A stretch of DNA of 62,442 nt, the filler included, from Rhabdomonas costata (Eukaryota): assembly GCA_019059605.1 (NCBI GenBank). It is 22 parts of 22 records of this genome, joined end to end, with 100 filler letters (N's around TTAATTAATTAA, not from the genome) between each part and the next. Parts side by side here need not be neighbours in the genome. Positions count along the whole stretch, not along the records: positions 1 to 2,747 come from JAHMHO010002169.1; positions 2,848 to 5,629 come from JAHMHO010002170.1; positions 5,730 to 8,464 come from JAHMHO010002171.1; positions 8,565 to 11,311 come from JAHMHO010002172.1; 18 more parts are not named here. One strand, 5' to 3'. The stretch's first letter is position 1, and every line of letters begins with the position of its first letter. The notes under the pieces are model-generated. The model was not told the DNA's origin and did not search any database. It saw only the letters and a program-made list of their open reading frames with translations. This document shows positions 1 to 11,411 of this stretch, one piece after another. The position numbers and the translations under genes are program-made.

Positions 1-253
1 TGTGGTGGGTGTGTGTGGGGGTTTTTGGGACTGTGGGGTAGTGGTCGACTTTTTGAGTGATACTTAGCATCTGAAATCGGAGGATGGGTCGGGTTCTGGG
101 TGTGCGAGGTTTGGGATGACGTGATGATGGATGCACTGGTAGGTTGAGGTGGGGGGGTTATGTGCGAGTAAGAGAGAGGGAGGGAGGGAGAGAAAAGACT
201 GTATGATTATATGACAGTATTGTCAATAAGTGTGGTGTAATCCTAAGACGCAC

Positions 254-1795
254 GCTTAAAGGACACATTCCCCTGCCTCAGCAAGTTGCACAGCTCCCCA
301 ACGCCTGGTTGCATTTACCACAACAATGATGTTGTGGTATTGGCTGGAAGCAAATCGTTGCAAGGTTGACAACCTCACAAACCCATACCCCAGGGTCCCG
401 AAACTTGTTGAAGGAGAGCCCCAGGAACAGCAGGGCGGAGTTCTCGCGCATGGCATCGGCCAGGGCCTGCACCCCAACCTCGGTGATGCCATTGGAGGCA
501 ATGTTGACGTGGGTCAGGCTGGGGTGCCCCCGCAGAGTCTGGCTCAGCAGCTCCGCACCTGGGTCCCCCAGGCTGACCTGCTCGAGGTGCAGCGTGGTGA
601 CCAGGCAGTCAGTGGCCAGGGCCTTCAGCAGGGGCGCCATCCCCTTGACCCCAATTTTGGGGTTGCTGTCCAGAATCAGCACCTGCGTTTGATGGGGCAC
701 AACGAGCCGAAATATTCACAGTCCTCCTCTTCAAAAATACTGCGCACCATCCTGGTACGATCCTGAAATATAAATTTACTCAGATTTCCGTGCGGATATA
801 TATTTCAGCGCGCATCTGATTCCCTCCTTCCTACATCGGACCCCCCCCCACCGCCAATCCAAAACCACCGGAACACTGTTCACCAAGGTGGGTGACTGCG
901 CAACCGAGATATATTTCTTCAAAAACTTCTGTTTTTCTGGTGTACAGCGTCAAACGTGGCCACGGAGCGAGAGAAAGCTTTGTCGCACCTGCAGGCTGTG
1001 CTTCACCTTGTGCTCCCTCTTGAACTCCAGGAGCTGGCCCAGGGCCTCCCCCACCACCGGGCCCAGGCCCTTGTCGGAGAAGTCCACGCAGACGATGGAG
1101 TTCTGAGTGAACAGCGTGGTCTCCACAGCGGAGACCGCGGCCCGGGTGGCCTTCACCGGGGTCTCCTGGGGCCCTAGCCGCAAGGTCTCAAGGTGCGCGT
1201 AGAACTGCGCGTAGAACGGCGCCGGAGGCGCGGCCTTGCTGGTCAGTGAGGGGATGGCCTGCCAGAGAGAGTGAGAGAGCATGTGTTTGAGTCATGCTTC
1301 TCGTTCAACCTCAGAAGTGAGAGATACGAGAGAGCATGCAAAAAAAAGTTTCACCAGAACGACACCATTTGGACTCGAGGATGTGTACAAGCCTCACTTT
1401 GTAATCCCTGTCAGCACAGTGGTTTCTTGTGCACTGGAAGCTCCAGGAAGACTTCGGAAATGATTCACTTCAAAGTCCCACTGACTTCCACAAGTCACTT
1501 CTTCTGCGAAGAACCGAATTTTTTTTTCATGTGTTCCTCTCTCCGTAGATTACACACGTAGACCTATGAAACTATGCGGCGATTAGGCTGACACTTTATT
1601 GATCGAAGGGACGGACATGTGCACCTCCTTGTGATGGAGGTAGTTCGGGCTGGTCATCGTCTTGGGGCGGGAGGGCACAAGCGCCCCCTTGGCGGACGAG
1701 CCTGCCGGTAGGGAAAGCGACAGCCCCGGGGAGGTGGAGGAGGCCCGCCCTGCCCCAGAAGGGGCGGAGCGTGCCAGCGCAAAGGACCCAGACAT
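254..1795 (-). CDS. Leucine-rich repeat protein (RNI-like), 5' part, spliced
   Basis: Exons 1795-1625 (ATG...HHKE|GT), 1258-989 (AG|AIPS...HSLQ|GT), 682-389 (VLILDSNPKIGVKG...LHLEQVSLGDPGAELLSQTL...VNIASNGITEVGVQALADAM...LGLSFNKFRDPG) and a probable exon 302-254 (VGELCNLLRQGNVSFK). The peptide shows repeated LxLxxNxIxxxG-type ribonuclease-inhibitor-like repeats. Confidence 0.85.
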
Positions 1796-2959
1796 AGCCG
1801 GAGAAGGAGAGAGCAAGAGCGGAGGTTGGCTCTTGCTCAGGCACTCATCGAGCCCGTCGTGTTTCCCACCGCATGCAAAAAGTAAAAGGGACGAACACAA
1901 GTACTGAGCAAAGGGCATAGACACACACACACACACAAACACACACTGCATTCCAGCGTCCGAAACGGCGCCTCTTTCTCATGGACGGAGGATTGGTAAC
2001 CAAGGGGGGAAACGCTGATCCGAACTCCGGTGAAAGGTCAACGGTGGTTAGGAGAACCCGGCTCTTCGGTGAAACTGTGTTCGACCAATAATACATTGAA
2101 GCCCTGAGCGCGAGTGGAACTGTGCAGCACGACGAGAATAACACCCACAAAAACAAAAGCGAGACACACGCAGCATTAGCATTAACATTTTGAGCGAGAT
2201 GCACGCAGAGGAGCCGTCCAGCGAAAGCGGGGACACAGACCAAAACCAAAGTGTTACGGTGCACAAAGATTTCATGACTCCAGCATCCCCAGCACACCCC
2301 GATCCTCCAACCAAGAAATCACCACGGATTTCCACTTCAACCATTCAACAGCAGAATTGAGTTACATAACGAATTTCACTCATGCACACGAACAGGAGAC
2401 AAATGAGCAGCCGCAGATTTGACTGAGTGCTGACTCCCACTTGCAACACAGCAGAACAAGCCCCCCAAGTAACGCAGGCACTTCACATGACGGAGCAGCA
2501 GCGGTAAGGCTTCACAGCGGAAGGCCAGGGAGTCCTCGCGCCCGCACCGGGCAATGGGCTTGAGGTCTTTGTGGAGTCCTCCCGGGGAAGGTGCGGGTTA
2601 CCGGACAAAACTGCGCCCTTTGCTGGCAACCTGCTGGCAACCAAGAAAACAAAACCCGCGAAAAAAAGATACGAAACTCATAGAATCAAACAGAGCCAAA
2701 AATGCGAAGCACAAAAATCCCCCCACACACCCAAACACACCCACCACNNNNNNNNNNNNNNNNNNNNNNNNNNNNNNNNNNNNNNNNNNNNTTAATTAAT
2801 TAANNNNNNNNNNNNNNNNNNNNNNNNNNNNNNNNNNNNNNNNNNNNGTGGGGGGGGCGGGGTTTACCATGATGCGGGTGTTGGGCCTTGCGAGCTTGGC
2901 CAGATAGGGCCACTTCAAGGTACCCCTCTGCTGCCCATGGGCTGTCTAGGCCAGGCCTA

Positions 2960-3340
2960 TAGACCCATAGGGCGGCTGGACCACAGTATACAAGGGTACC
3001 CTTATACCCGGAACCCCTCAAGGCCTCACGGCCCAGGTATAGGTGGGACCCCCCCACACACACACAACTGAGCGCCAGCTCTACATGGTGCGGGTGTGGG
3101 GCTGTGCGAGCTAAGCCAAGTAGGGCGACTCGAACTTGCTTCCTTTGCTGCCCGTGGGCAGTATAGGCCACGGCTATAGGCCGGCTGCACCATAGTATAC
3201 GAAGGTACCCCTATAAAATGGGCCCATGGCCCGTTTATGTGGGGGACCCCCGCACAAGTAGTAGGCCGTATTTTCCAGTTCCATAGGCCGGCTGGACCAG
3301 AGTATACCAGGGTACACCTATAAGCCGGGAATCCGTCCAG
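2960..3340 (+). repeat. Degenerate ~50-bp repeat, three copies
   Basis: Units resembling ATAGGcCGGCTGgACCAnAGTATACnaGGGTACcCnTATA at about 2967-3010, 3175-3216 and 3282-3323. A second shared motif, GTGGGgACCCCC.CACA, follows two of them. Confidence 0.7.
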
Positions 3341-3624
3341 GCCGCAGGGCCTGGTAGGGTGTGGGGCGTTTGTGGTCTCTCCGAGGCTCGATTCCCTAGG
3401 GGCCCGGAACGGATGCCCCTAGACGTCCTATTTTTAGGGCACAGGTATTATAGGTGAACCGTGTAGAGGGAGCAAAACCTGGATCCTCCGATGACTCGAT
3501 GACTGGTGGCTTTTGGCTTGGAATCCCTTCGCTCCCATTAATGCCGCACCTATTCAAGTGTAATCCTGGCAGCAGACCCTACGACGCCGAGATATGCGTG
3601 AACCTCTCAGGGGAAGAGGCACAC

Positions 3625-4258
3625 CTGTAACACAACACCCGCTCTGAGTCCAGGCCCCGCTCGAGGTGCAGCTCAGCGTGCCTCCGCCCGTCCACCCTGG
3701 GGAGCACGCAAACGTGCAGCTCTGCCCATACGTCGTACCGGAGGCGCAGTTCAGCGTATTGGCGTTGGGGGGAAGCCCGGGGGTACCGCAGTTGATGGCT
3801 GAGACATGGGTGGTGGTGGTGGTGGTGGCGTTACTCAATGGGAGAACCCACAGAGAGAGCAAACCGCGTGGCAAGTCAGAAAAGAATTAGAGCACTTGCA
3901 TGTGGGGTAAGAGTATGCAGCTGTTGCAACAAAAACCCCGCGGAAGACAAACTTTCGTCGTTCCCTATCGGACACCACTACTACGGGGAGACTGCCACGC
4001 CTATCAATCCTGCCCGACTTCAAGGCATGGAGATGCTGAGCAGTGGCTCAATGGGGGAAGCGCAGAGACAGCCTTCCATGAAAAAGACGTTGCATAAGCA
4101 GATCGCGTGGCGAGCCAGAAAAGCATGTGATGTGAGTGCAAGCACGTGGACTAGGCGTGTCCAGTAGCTCCAGCGGAACCCTCGCGTTACACAACCGTTC
4201 ATTGGTCCTGATCGGACACCTCCAGACAGCAAGGGGATAGGGAACTGGAAACACGAAA

Positions 4259-4308
<50 letters not shown>

Positions 4309-4485
4309 TTATGCCTTGGCAAGTGCCGCTCTGGCTCCAGGTGCCGTTCCAGGCGCAGCTCAGCGTGCCCCCGCCAGTGTACCCACTGGCACAGCCAAAG
4401 CTGCAGCTCTGCCCAGCGGCGGTCCCCGAAGGGCAGAACGGCGTGGCGGAGTTGGCGGGAGCTCTTGGGATGCCACAGTTCGGGA
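3625..4485 (-). CDS. Sushi/CCP (SCR)-like repeat protein, two internal exons
   Basis: Exon 4485-4315 (PNCGIPRAPANSATPFCPSGTAAGQSCSFGCASGYTGGGTLSCAWNGTWSQSGTCQ) and exon 3798-3625 (AINCGTPGLPPNANTLNCASGTTYGQSCTFACSPGWTGGGTLSCTSSGAWTQSGCCVT). Both have CCP-type Cys/Trp spacing and are phase 1-1. They are joined by a GC-AG intron at 4314-3799. Confidence 0.85.
4264..4308 (+). repeat. (CA)n(GA)n compound microsatellite in intron
   Basis: Direct reading. Similar CA/TG tracts occur at about 1921-1946, 5601-5629, 56020-56040 and 60782-60815. Confidence 0.95.
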
Positions 4486-5764
4486 CTATGAATCGTGAAC
4501 GCGGAAAGAAACCATCGGGGAAATGGGTCAGAACACCCGGAGGAACTTTGCCTTGCTTTTTCTTTTAATGGCTACACAACCACTCAATATTTTCCGTCCA
4601 CAACTGTTGCCGAGATGACCTCGGCGCTGAGATGTTGGGGTCGGGATTTTGGGTTCGGCGCGAGGAAGGGCGGGAGGAGCCTACTCGCCGCCCGGCTGGT
4701 CTTTTTGTCCAGTCTCTGGAGAGTACTTCCCTTGCCCTCGGCACGCTTATTTATCTCCTCCCCTTGTTCACCCCTCATTTGAACTATTTCCTTTGCGGGG
4801 AAGTTCGCGGCTGTTGTCACAGAGCCTCGGGCACACCCTCAAGTCAGTCGAGTCGGAGGAGCTCTGTCGGGCAGCGGCGGCGGGGTTTTCTCCCTGCTGC
4901 TGCTGAGACTACCCGCGCCTGGGGCGAGAGCTCCCTTGCCTTCACAAAGCGTCGCTTTCAGGCGGTTCGTATGTCGACGGGGCTGTCGGCTTCTGACGGC
5001 TTTCTCTGGCTCAGTCGACGCCTAGCTTACAGGTCACTCGCGCTCGGTTTCTCGCCATCGTTCTCCTCTTTGTGCACCTTTCCGCGCAGCCCTCTCCTTG
5101 GAACCCCTCCGCACCCTCGCTTTGGTGCACTCTAACCCCTTCAGCTCCCTCGCTTCCTTTCGTTCCCACACACTCTTGATGCCCACCCACCTACACACGC
5201 ACTCATTGTCTGTGCACCAGGGGGCTTGGAAGACTTGGAAGAGTTTCGTTTCCCACTGGGCTCCCCACCTTCGGTCGGACACGGGCCCATCGGGTCTCAC
5301 CCCCTTCTCTGTCTCCTCAACGTCTCGCGCCTCGCTGCCTCATGTTACTCTCTCCTCCACCACACACAGACACACACCGAAAAGGAATTTTGCAGACTCT
5401 GACAATATTCGTAAATTTCGGATTTCTCCCAAACTCGTAAAAAGTCGCACACGCGTCAGCGTCAGCGGGTAAACCTGCACGGGGGCTAAGTGATTTGGAG
5501 GGACATGGAATTGGTCAGCTGGAAAGGTACGCGTCCTCTTCAATCAAAGATATTCTTTCTTTCACCCAATGCAGAACGTGGTCACGGGAAGGGGAAAGCG
5601 GTGTGTGTGTGTGTGTGTGTGTGTGTGTGNNNNNNNNNNNNNNNNNNNNNNNNNNNNNNNNNNNNNNNNNNNNTTAATTAATTAANNNNNNNNNNNNNNN
5701 NNNNNNNNNNNNNNNNNNNNNNNNNNNNNGTGGTTGTGGAATACTGATCCCGAACGCTTTTGAC

Positions 5765-6090
5765 GCGTGTTGGGCGCGCCGAGTTCTACATCGGTATACA
5801 TACTGGGGAACTTTGACTCACTCGGACGCGCGTTGCGGCGCCTGGTGGGTTCTACAAAGACTCCATTTTGTCCGCGGGGACCTGACCGTTTTAATGCTTT
5901 CTCCTACCTATGTGGTGGCTTGGCTGCGAGGGTGCGCGAGGGCGGAAGCTTCAAATACAAAACACAATGTGTGATTTAAACTGCCTTGTTCATGTCGTGT
6001 GCTTTTTCTTTGCACCTTCTAGCCCCTCGGGTGTGTTGGCCCTTTGGGCTTTCAAAGCGTTTCACAATTCCCGGCTTGTGCACCGAAGCA
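5765..6090 (+). repeat. Dispersed repeat family, copy 1 (homologous to ~16145-16490)
   Basis: Colinear blocks shared with another contig, e.g. GACCTGACCGTTTTAATGCTTTCTCCTACCTATGTGGTGGCTTGGCTGCGAGGG here versus GACCTGACGGTTGTGGTGCTTTCTCCTCCTGCTGGGGTGGCGGGGCTGCGAGGG. Also AAGCTTCAAATACAAAAC versus AAGCTTCAACTCCAAAAC. Confidence 0.75.
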
Positions 6091-8564
6091 ATTTGAGAAC
6101 AGCACAAGCCAAAAGGTACGAATCAATGCAAAGTTTATCTAAACACCGCGCATCATATGATACACAGCTCCACCGCCCAGTCCTTCACACTTCTTGCGCT
6201 GCACCAAACGAAACCAACCCCTACATCCAAAGCCACAACCAAATGCAAAAAAGACTATTTTAAACGACTACACTTCAAACCATTGCGTTGCGCAGTTTTT
6301 ATTTTTCTACTCCAACAAGTAAGGTCAAAAAGCCGCAAAAGGCGTCCAAAGATCCTTCTTAGTCTTTGCCGAGGCTTTGAAAGTGAAGTGAAGTTTGGAA
6401 GTCATGGCATGGCATGGCAAAAAGAGAAAAGAGAAAAGCATCCAGAAGAGAAAATGACATAAAAACCAGAAACAGAGAGTAAGAGCATATGTATATCATG
6501 GCAGATAAAAGTTGAAAAAATGAAGCCAGAGACAGCGAAAAGAATGGATAAAATGGAGTTAGCAAAAGAGAAGCAAAAGAACCATTAGTAGCAGCAGTCA
6601 AAAGGCTGAGTTTGAGATAAAAGCGGAGCAAAATAGAAGACGGAAATGGAATTGCAGCAATAAATAAAGAAGCGGAGTTTCCGGAAGTGTTGCAGGTTCG
6701 TAAGGTGAATGAAAGCAATGGAAAAATGACCAGAGAAATTAAGGCAAGAGGCGGTTTTTGTAGAGTTGGAGCGCAGGAGGCTCTGTAGTAAACTGGGATC
6801 GAAGGGAAAAGAATTGAATCGCAACCATAAGGCCTAAAGGCGATGGCTGGGAATTCGCACAATAACTACCTTGAAAGACTTCGACGAGGAGAACACAGTG
6901 GAACAAGTAACCACCAAAAGATACGAAGGATTCCAAGGAAGATGCAGTGGTGGTCAATAATGTAACCAGCACAATGATAAGCGGCACCTACTGTGATGCC
7001 ATGACGTATAATGGATCTACTCAGTGTGTGACTCGCATAGAGAATTCCACTTCAGGCCATCTCGTTCACAAATAGAACTCATCAAGAAGCTGAAGACGTC
7101 CGCGGACATCGACACCAAGGTGTGGACCACGCTGTTAACGGCGGTGGGAATGATGGCGGCGACTTCCCTTGCACAAAACGAAAGGATGCGGGTCCAAAGA
7201 GCTGGAGGCCTTGGCATCAACCACTCCACGCTTGACCCCCGGCCGCCGATGGAGGTGGATCAATCAGGACCAGTAACCACACGCCTAGACATCAACAGCC
7301 ACCGCTCCCATACCCATATGCCTGCTTGCGTCGTCCCCGATGCTGTCCTTCGCCGCGGTGCCTGTGCCGTGGGCATATGCGCATCAATCCGTCCGCTGGC
7401 TCGCCTGCATTGAGTGCACCCGTTCCGCCACAGTTGGAAATCCAGGAGCTGCGTCGCCAGATGTGCTTTACCATCCTGGCGGGCGCCATGTCAGACACCA
7501 CGTCCCCGCTCCGGCCGTCGGGGACAGCCTGACAACCGAATCGAGCCAATGGAAGAGCACTTTCACCAAGACATGAGCAGATAAGAAGAGGATGAGACGA
7601 TCGACACGCAGCACGGCACGCCGAATGGGCAACAAGCAGCACCCCACCACCACAACAAATGCCAGCATTCCCCATTCCACCCTGCAAACCGGCAGGATTC
7701 CGTCACACGCCATCCACCCAGACATATTCTTCATTGTTTGTGTTTTGCCCCGGCCGACATGCGCATTGTTTTCACCTGGGCAAAACCACTGTAAACGCAC
7801 TATCTTGGCGTTCCTGTTTTTTTGTGCTTCGTGTTTACGTGTTCTGTGTGTGGTGTTCTCCTTGTGCGTTGCCGTGGTGGGCTTTTGTCTTTTCTCGCTT
7901 CCCGCGCCCTGGCGCTATACTGGAGGCTCCCGCACATTTTCTTCCTTCTCCACGCGCCCCATTTTTTCCCTTCCATGTGCCTTTGGGCGCTTCCATCTGA
8001 CCCTGTGCCCTACAATTTGTTTCCAATATGTCTTCCTCTCATAGATGTTTTGTGGTAGCTTCTATCTTAGATTCGTGTATTCCTTCCAAAACAACTTTGG
8101 CATAAGACCCTGTGTAATGCCAATTTGTGTCAACAGCAGGAACAGCAGGAATGTACTGTGTTAGTTTTAGGCACAAACTTGGGTTCAGGTTAGTTAATTA
8201 GTTTAAATAATGTCTATTTGAGAACATCGTACTGGTATAAGAGACACTCACCCAAATGAGTTTGCATGAATTAAATGCTATCAATAAAGGACACCGGATA
8301 AGGCATTACATTGGGTATTTAGGTTTTTGTTAAATGCCGATTTGCTCAAGTGCATCATGTGCGTGGCTTTATTAGTAGCCTTCTGTTTTTTGTTATGGAA
8401 TCAAAGCGATTGCCAAACGTTTCACTTTTTACCATATATTATTATATCACAGCTTGCATGTTTCNNNNNNNNNNNNNNNNNNNNNNNNNNNNNNNNNNNN
8501 NNNNNNNNTTAATTAATTAANNNNNNNNNNNNNNNNNNNNNNNNNNNNNNNNNNNNNNNNNNNN

Positions 8565-8591
8565 GTGTCGGGTGTGTTTGGTGGTGGGTGG
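8565..8591 (+). other. WGA adapter remnant (GenomePlex-type) plus G/T degenerate primer tail
   Basis: GTGTCGGGTGTGTTTGG differs at one base from GTGTTGGGTGTGTTTGG and is followed by ten G/T bases. Reverse-complement equivalents lie at 2721-2747 and about 16971-16996. Confidence 0.85.
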
Positions 8592-8799
8592 GCCTGCGTT
8601 CGTCGTTTCTGACCCCATAACCCTCTCACTCTCTTGTTCCCTGCTTGTTGCCGATCTACTTGTGAATTCTCTTCCTCTCATTGTTGCCGTTGTTGCTATT
8701 GCTGTTGGTGTTTTTTAAGAACTACCTTTGGTCCTTCTTATCCCCTTGTCATCACCACTACCACCAACGTCACCGTCTGCGTCCCATTGTCGTGCCTAG

Positions 8800-11005
8800 C
8801 GCTGGGTGACACCCTCAAGCCGCGGTCAGCGGAGGCTGCCGAGGAGGCTGGCGGGCCAAACAAGGGAGGCGCTGCGAAGGTCAGCAACGATGTCCTCGCC
8901 GTGGCTACCAATGAGTACAAGATCAAGCTGTTCAGCACGGACAGCAACAGGTCTGAGCAATCCTGTGTGGTCAATGCTTGTTCTGCTGCTCTCCTGCCCC
9001 TCCTCGGTCACCCATCCAGCTCACCCTTCCTCCTTCTCACGAGTGTAGCACTTTCCGCACTCTTGTAACAGATCTCTGGACATCACAAATGTCAGCAAGG
9101 GTGATCGTTGCCATGATTGTGAGGCAACAATGCGCTCAAGTGCGAGTCTATGGATAAACTTGTCCTCTCGTGCATGAGGCATGTGCAGTTGGTCCTATGA
9201 ACGTTTGTAAGGTGATGTGTGGGTTGGGTCTGCAGGCAGTGCATCCAGACCATCCTGGGGCCGACGTATGGCGGGCCGATCAACAGCCTGATGGTAATCT
9301 CGCAGCAGGGCACGGTGGGACAGTGCCTGGTATACACCACACACGAGAAGGTCGTGGGGCTGGTGCAGCTCCCGCTGGACGGGAACCCCCGCAAGGCGAT
9401 GGGCCTGCTGGCCCACCCCATGGAGATCTCCAGCGCGGCCGTCAGCTACGACGGTCGATATCTCTTTACTAGCGGAGGTGTGACTTGCTCCTTCGGGCTT
9501 TCCTACCCCCACTCACTTTTTGAGTTGTAGCCATACAAATCATTCATGGGTCGATTGTTTTTTGCTTTCGTTTTCGCACGAGATTCGCAGGCTCGGAAAT
9601 GTGCTTGTTTTCTTTCGGCTTCTCGGAACGGAATGGTGTGCGCTGTGACAAAGCTAAGCATGCAGCCTGCTTGTCTGTGGCCTCAAATAGTCGCCTCTTC
9701 ATCTCCCCTTCTCTCCCTTATTCCTTACTCTTCTCGCAGGTCGGGATTGCTGCGTGAACCAGTGGGCCATTCACGGGGAGCAGCTCCAGGTTTCCGTGGG
9801 AGTGTTTTTGTGGCAGTTGCACTCCAGTGAGTTCATTCATTGGCAGAAACGAACCATGCGCAAACTCGGGGAAGTGAGGTCCAGAAGTGCTAACACGGGC
9901 TTTCACAGCGACTTTGTCTTCGCGACCGTGAGTCCTGCGGGGGGGGGGTACATTCATGGTATTCCGTTTTCATTTTGCTTTATTTTCATCCTTGCACCAC
10001 CACCACTGAGCCTTCTTCAAAAGACCCCAAAGATTTCTAGGCATTGACTGAGCGTATGTAATTGAAGGCGTACATCAAAATGGACGAAGGGGGATTGGGG
10101 CCCCAGGTTTCATTTTGCTGAGATTACAATTCTCCTCTCGCACTCTATTCTGCACTTTCAGTTTTTCAATTTCTTCCTATAATACTCAAGAAGGTTGGAG
10201 AAACAGATCGCTGGCAATCTTGTTCAATGTCACTCGGAAACTATCTTGGGCCTTTGAAGTTTTGCATTGGCTGCCTCCCTGTGGCATCCTTCCCTTCCAG
10301 GTGGTCATTTGGTGACATCCTTCTTCTAGGTGCACGATGGACGTCCGATTGTGGACCATTACATTGATGTGATTGAGGGAGGCAAGGACGGAGACTTTAT
10401 GAAGGAGATTATCGACTACTTTTACTACGCTCAGATCCGGTGTGCCCGCAGCCTGCTGGTGTTGGTGTCTTGTACTTGTGGGAACAGATAGAACTGACTG
10501 TAGGGCGGGTTCCGGGGGTAGGTATCGATCGAGTTCGGGAGTTTGGTTACGTAGATTATGACATTCGTTTAGGTAAGCACTTGGGACTTAGCGCGGCCAA
10601 GGCATCATGGATGGGATGTCGAGGAATTATAAATTGAGGAATTAATTAGCGTCAGACGTGAGCGTGCTTCAAGCACCGAAAATGTGTTCCGCTCTCATCT
10701 CTCCGGCCTATCTGTCCAGGAGCCAGGGTGAGGAGACCACTGCAAAGCGCAAGATCGAGGGTAAGATCCCGTTCACTCAGGTGCCCAATCTGATGCGCGC
10801 GCTGGGGTACTACCCCAGCGAGAAGGAGATCCACAACATGACCTACGAGATCTACACCCGCTTTGGCAAGGTGGTGGGTAGCGGGACATCTACATCGACT
10901 TCGAGGCCTTTATTCGCCTCTACGTCAACCACCGTCCTGTGTTTGGGATCAACAAGAAGAACATCTCCAACGCCTTCGCGGAGATCGGCGCGGACCCAGC
11001 CTCAG
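8800..11005 (+). CDS. CFAP251: Cilia- and flagella-associated protein 251 (WDR66), C-terminal WD40 plus EF-hand-like region, partial
   Basis: GT-AG exons 8800-8950, 9236-9477, 9740-9789, 10330-10439 and 10720-11005 splice in frame. Motifs: NEYKIKLF, TILGPTYGGP, LPLDGNPRKAMGLLAHP, LFTSGGRDCCVNQW, IEGGKDGDFMKEIIDYFYYAQIRSQG, MRALGYYPSEKEI and LYVNHRP. There is one frame disruption at about 10871-10884. Confidence 0.93.
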
Positions 11006-11411
11006 GTGCTAACCTGACCTCACCTTCCCACTTTGGGCTCTCACTCTATCCTGTGTCATTTCCCTGCGTGCACAGCGCTGATTGAGCGGCGAGACTTTCT
11101 TTCATAGAAATGCATGCGTGACGCGCTGAAGAGTTGAACAAACAATTCAACGGAGCCATTACTTCCAATTCGGTTGGTAATGTTTGCTTTGGCTTTTTCC
11201 CATTCCTCACTTAATGGCGGGTGTGTGAAATCTCTAGGCTTCACTTGCTCCGCTCGTGTAGTTGGCGTAAGATTGGAGTGCCATTGAGTGAGGAATGGGA
11301 AAAACCCAACANNNNNNNNNNNNNNNNNNNNNNNNNNNNNNNNNNNNNNNNNNNNTTAATTAATTAANNNNNNNNNNNNNNNNNNNNNNNNNNNNNNNNN
11401 NNNNNNNNNNN

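Noticed and set aside
3375-3410. GGCTCGATTCCC resembling a tRNA T-loop
   Set aside because: No cloverleaf or acceptor stem can be built around it.
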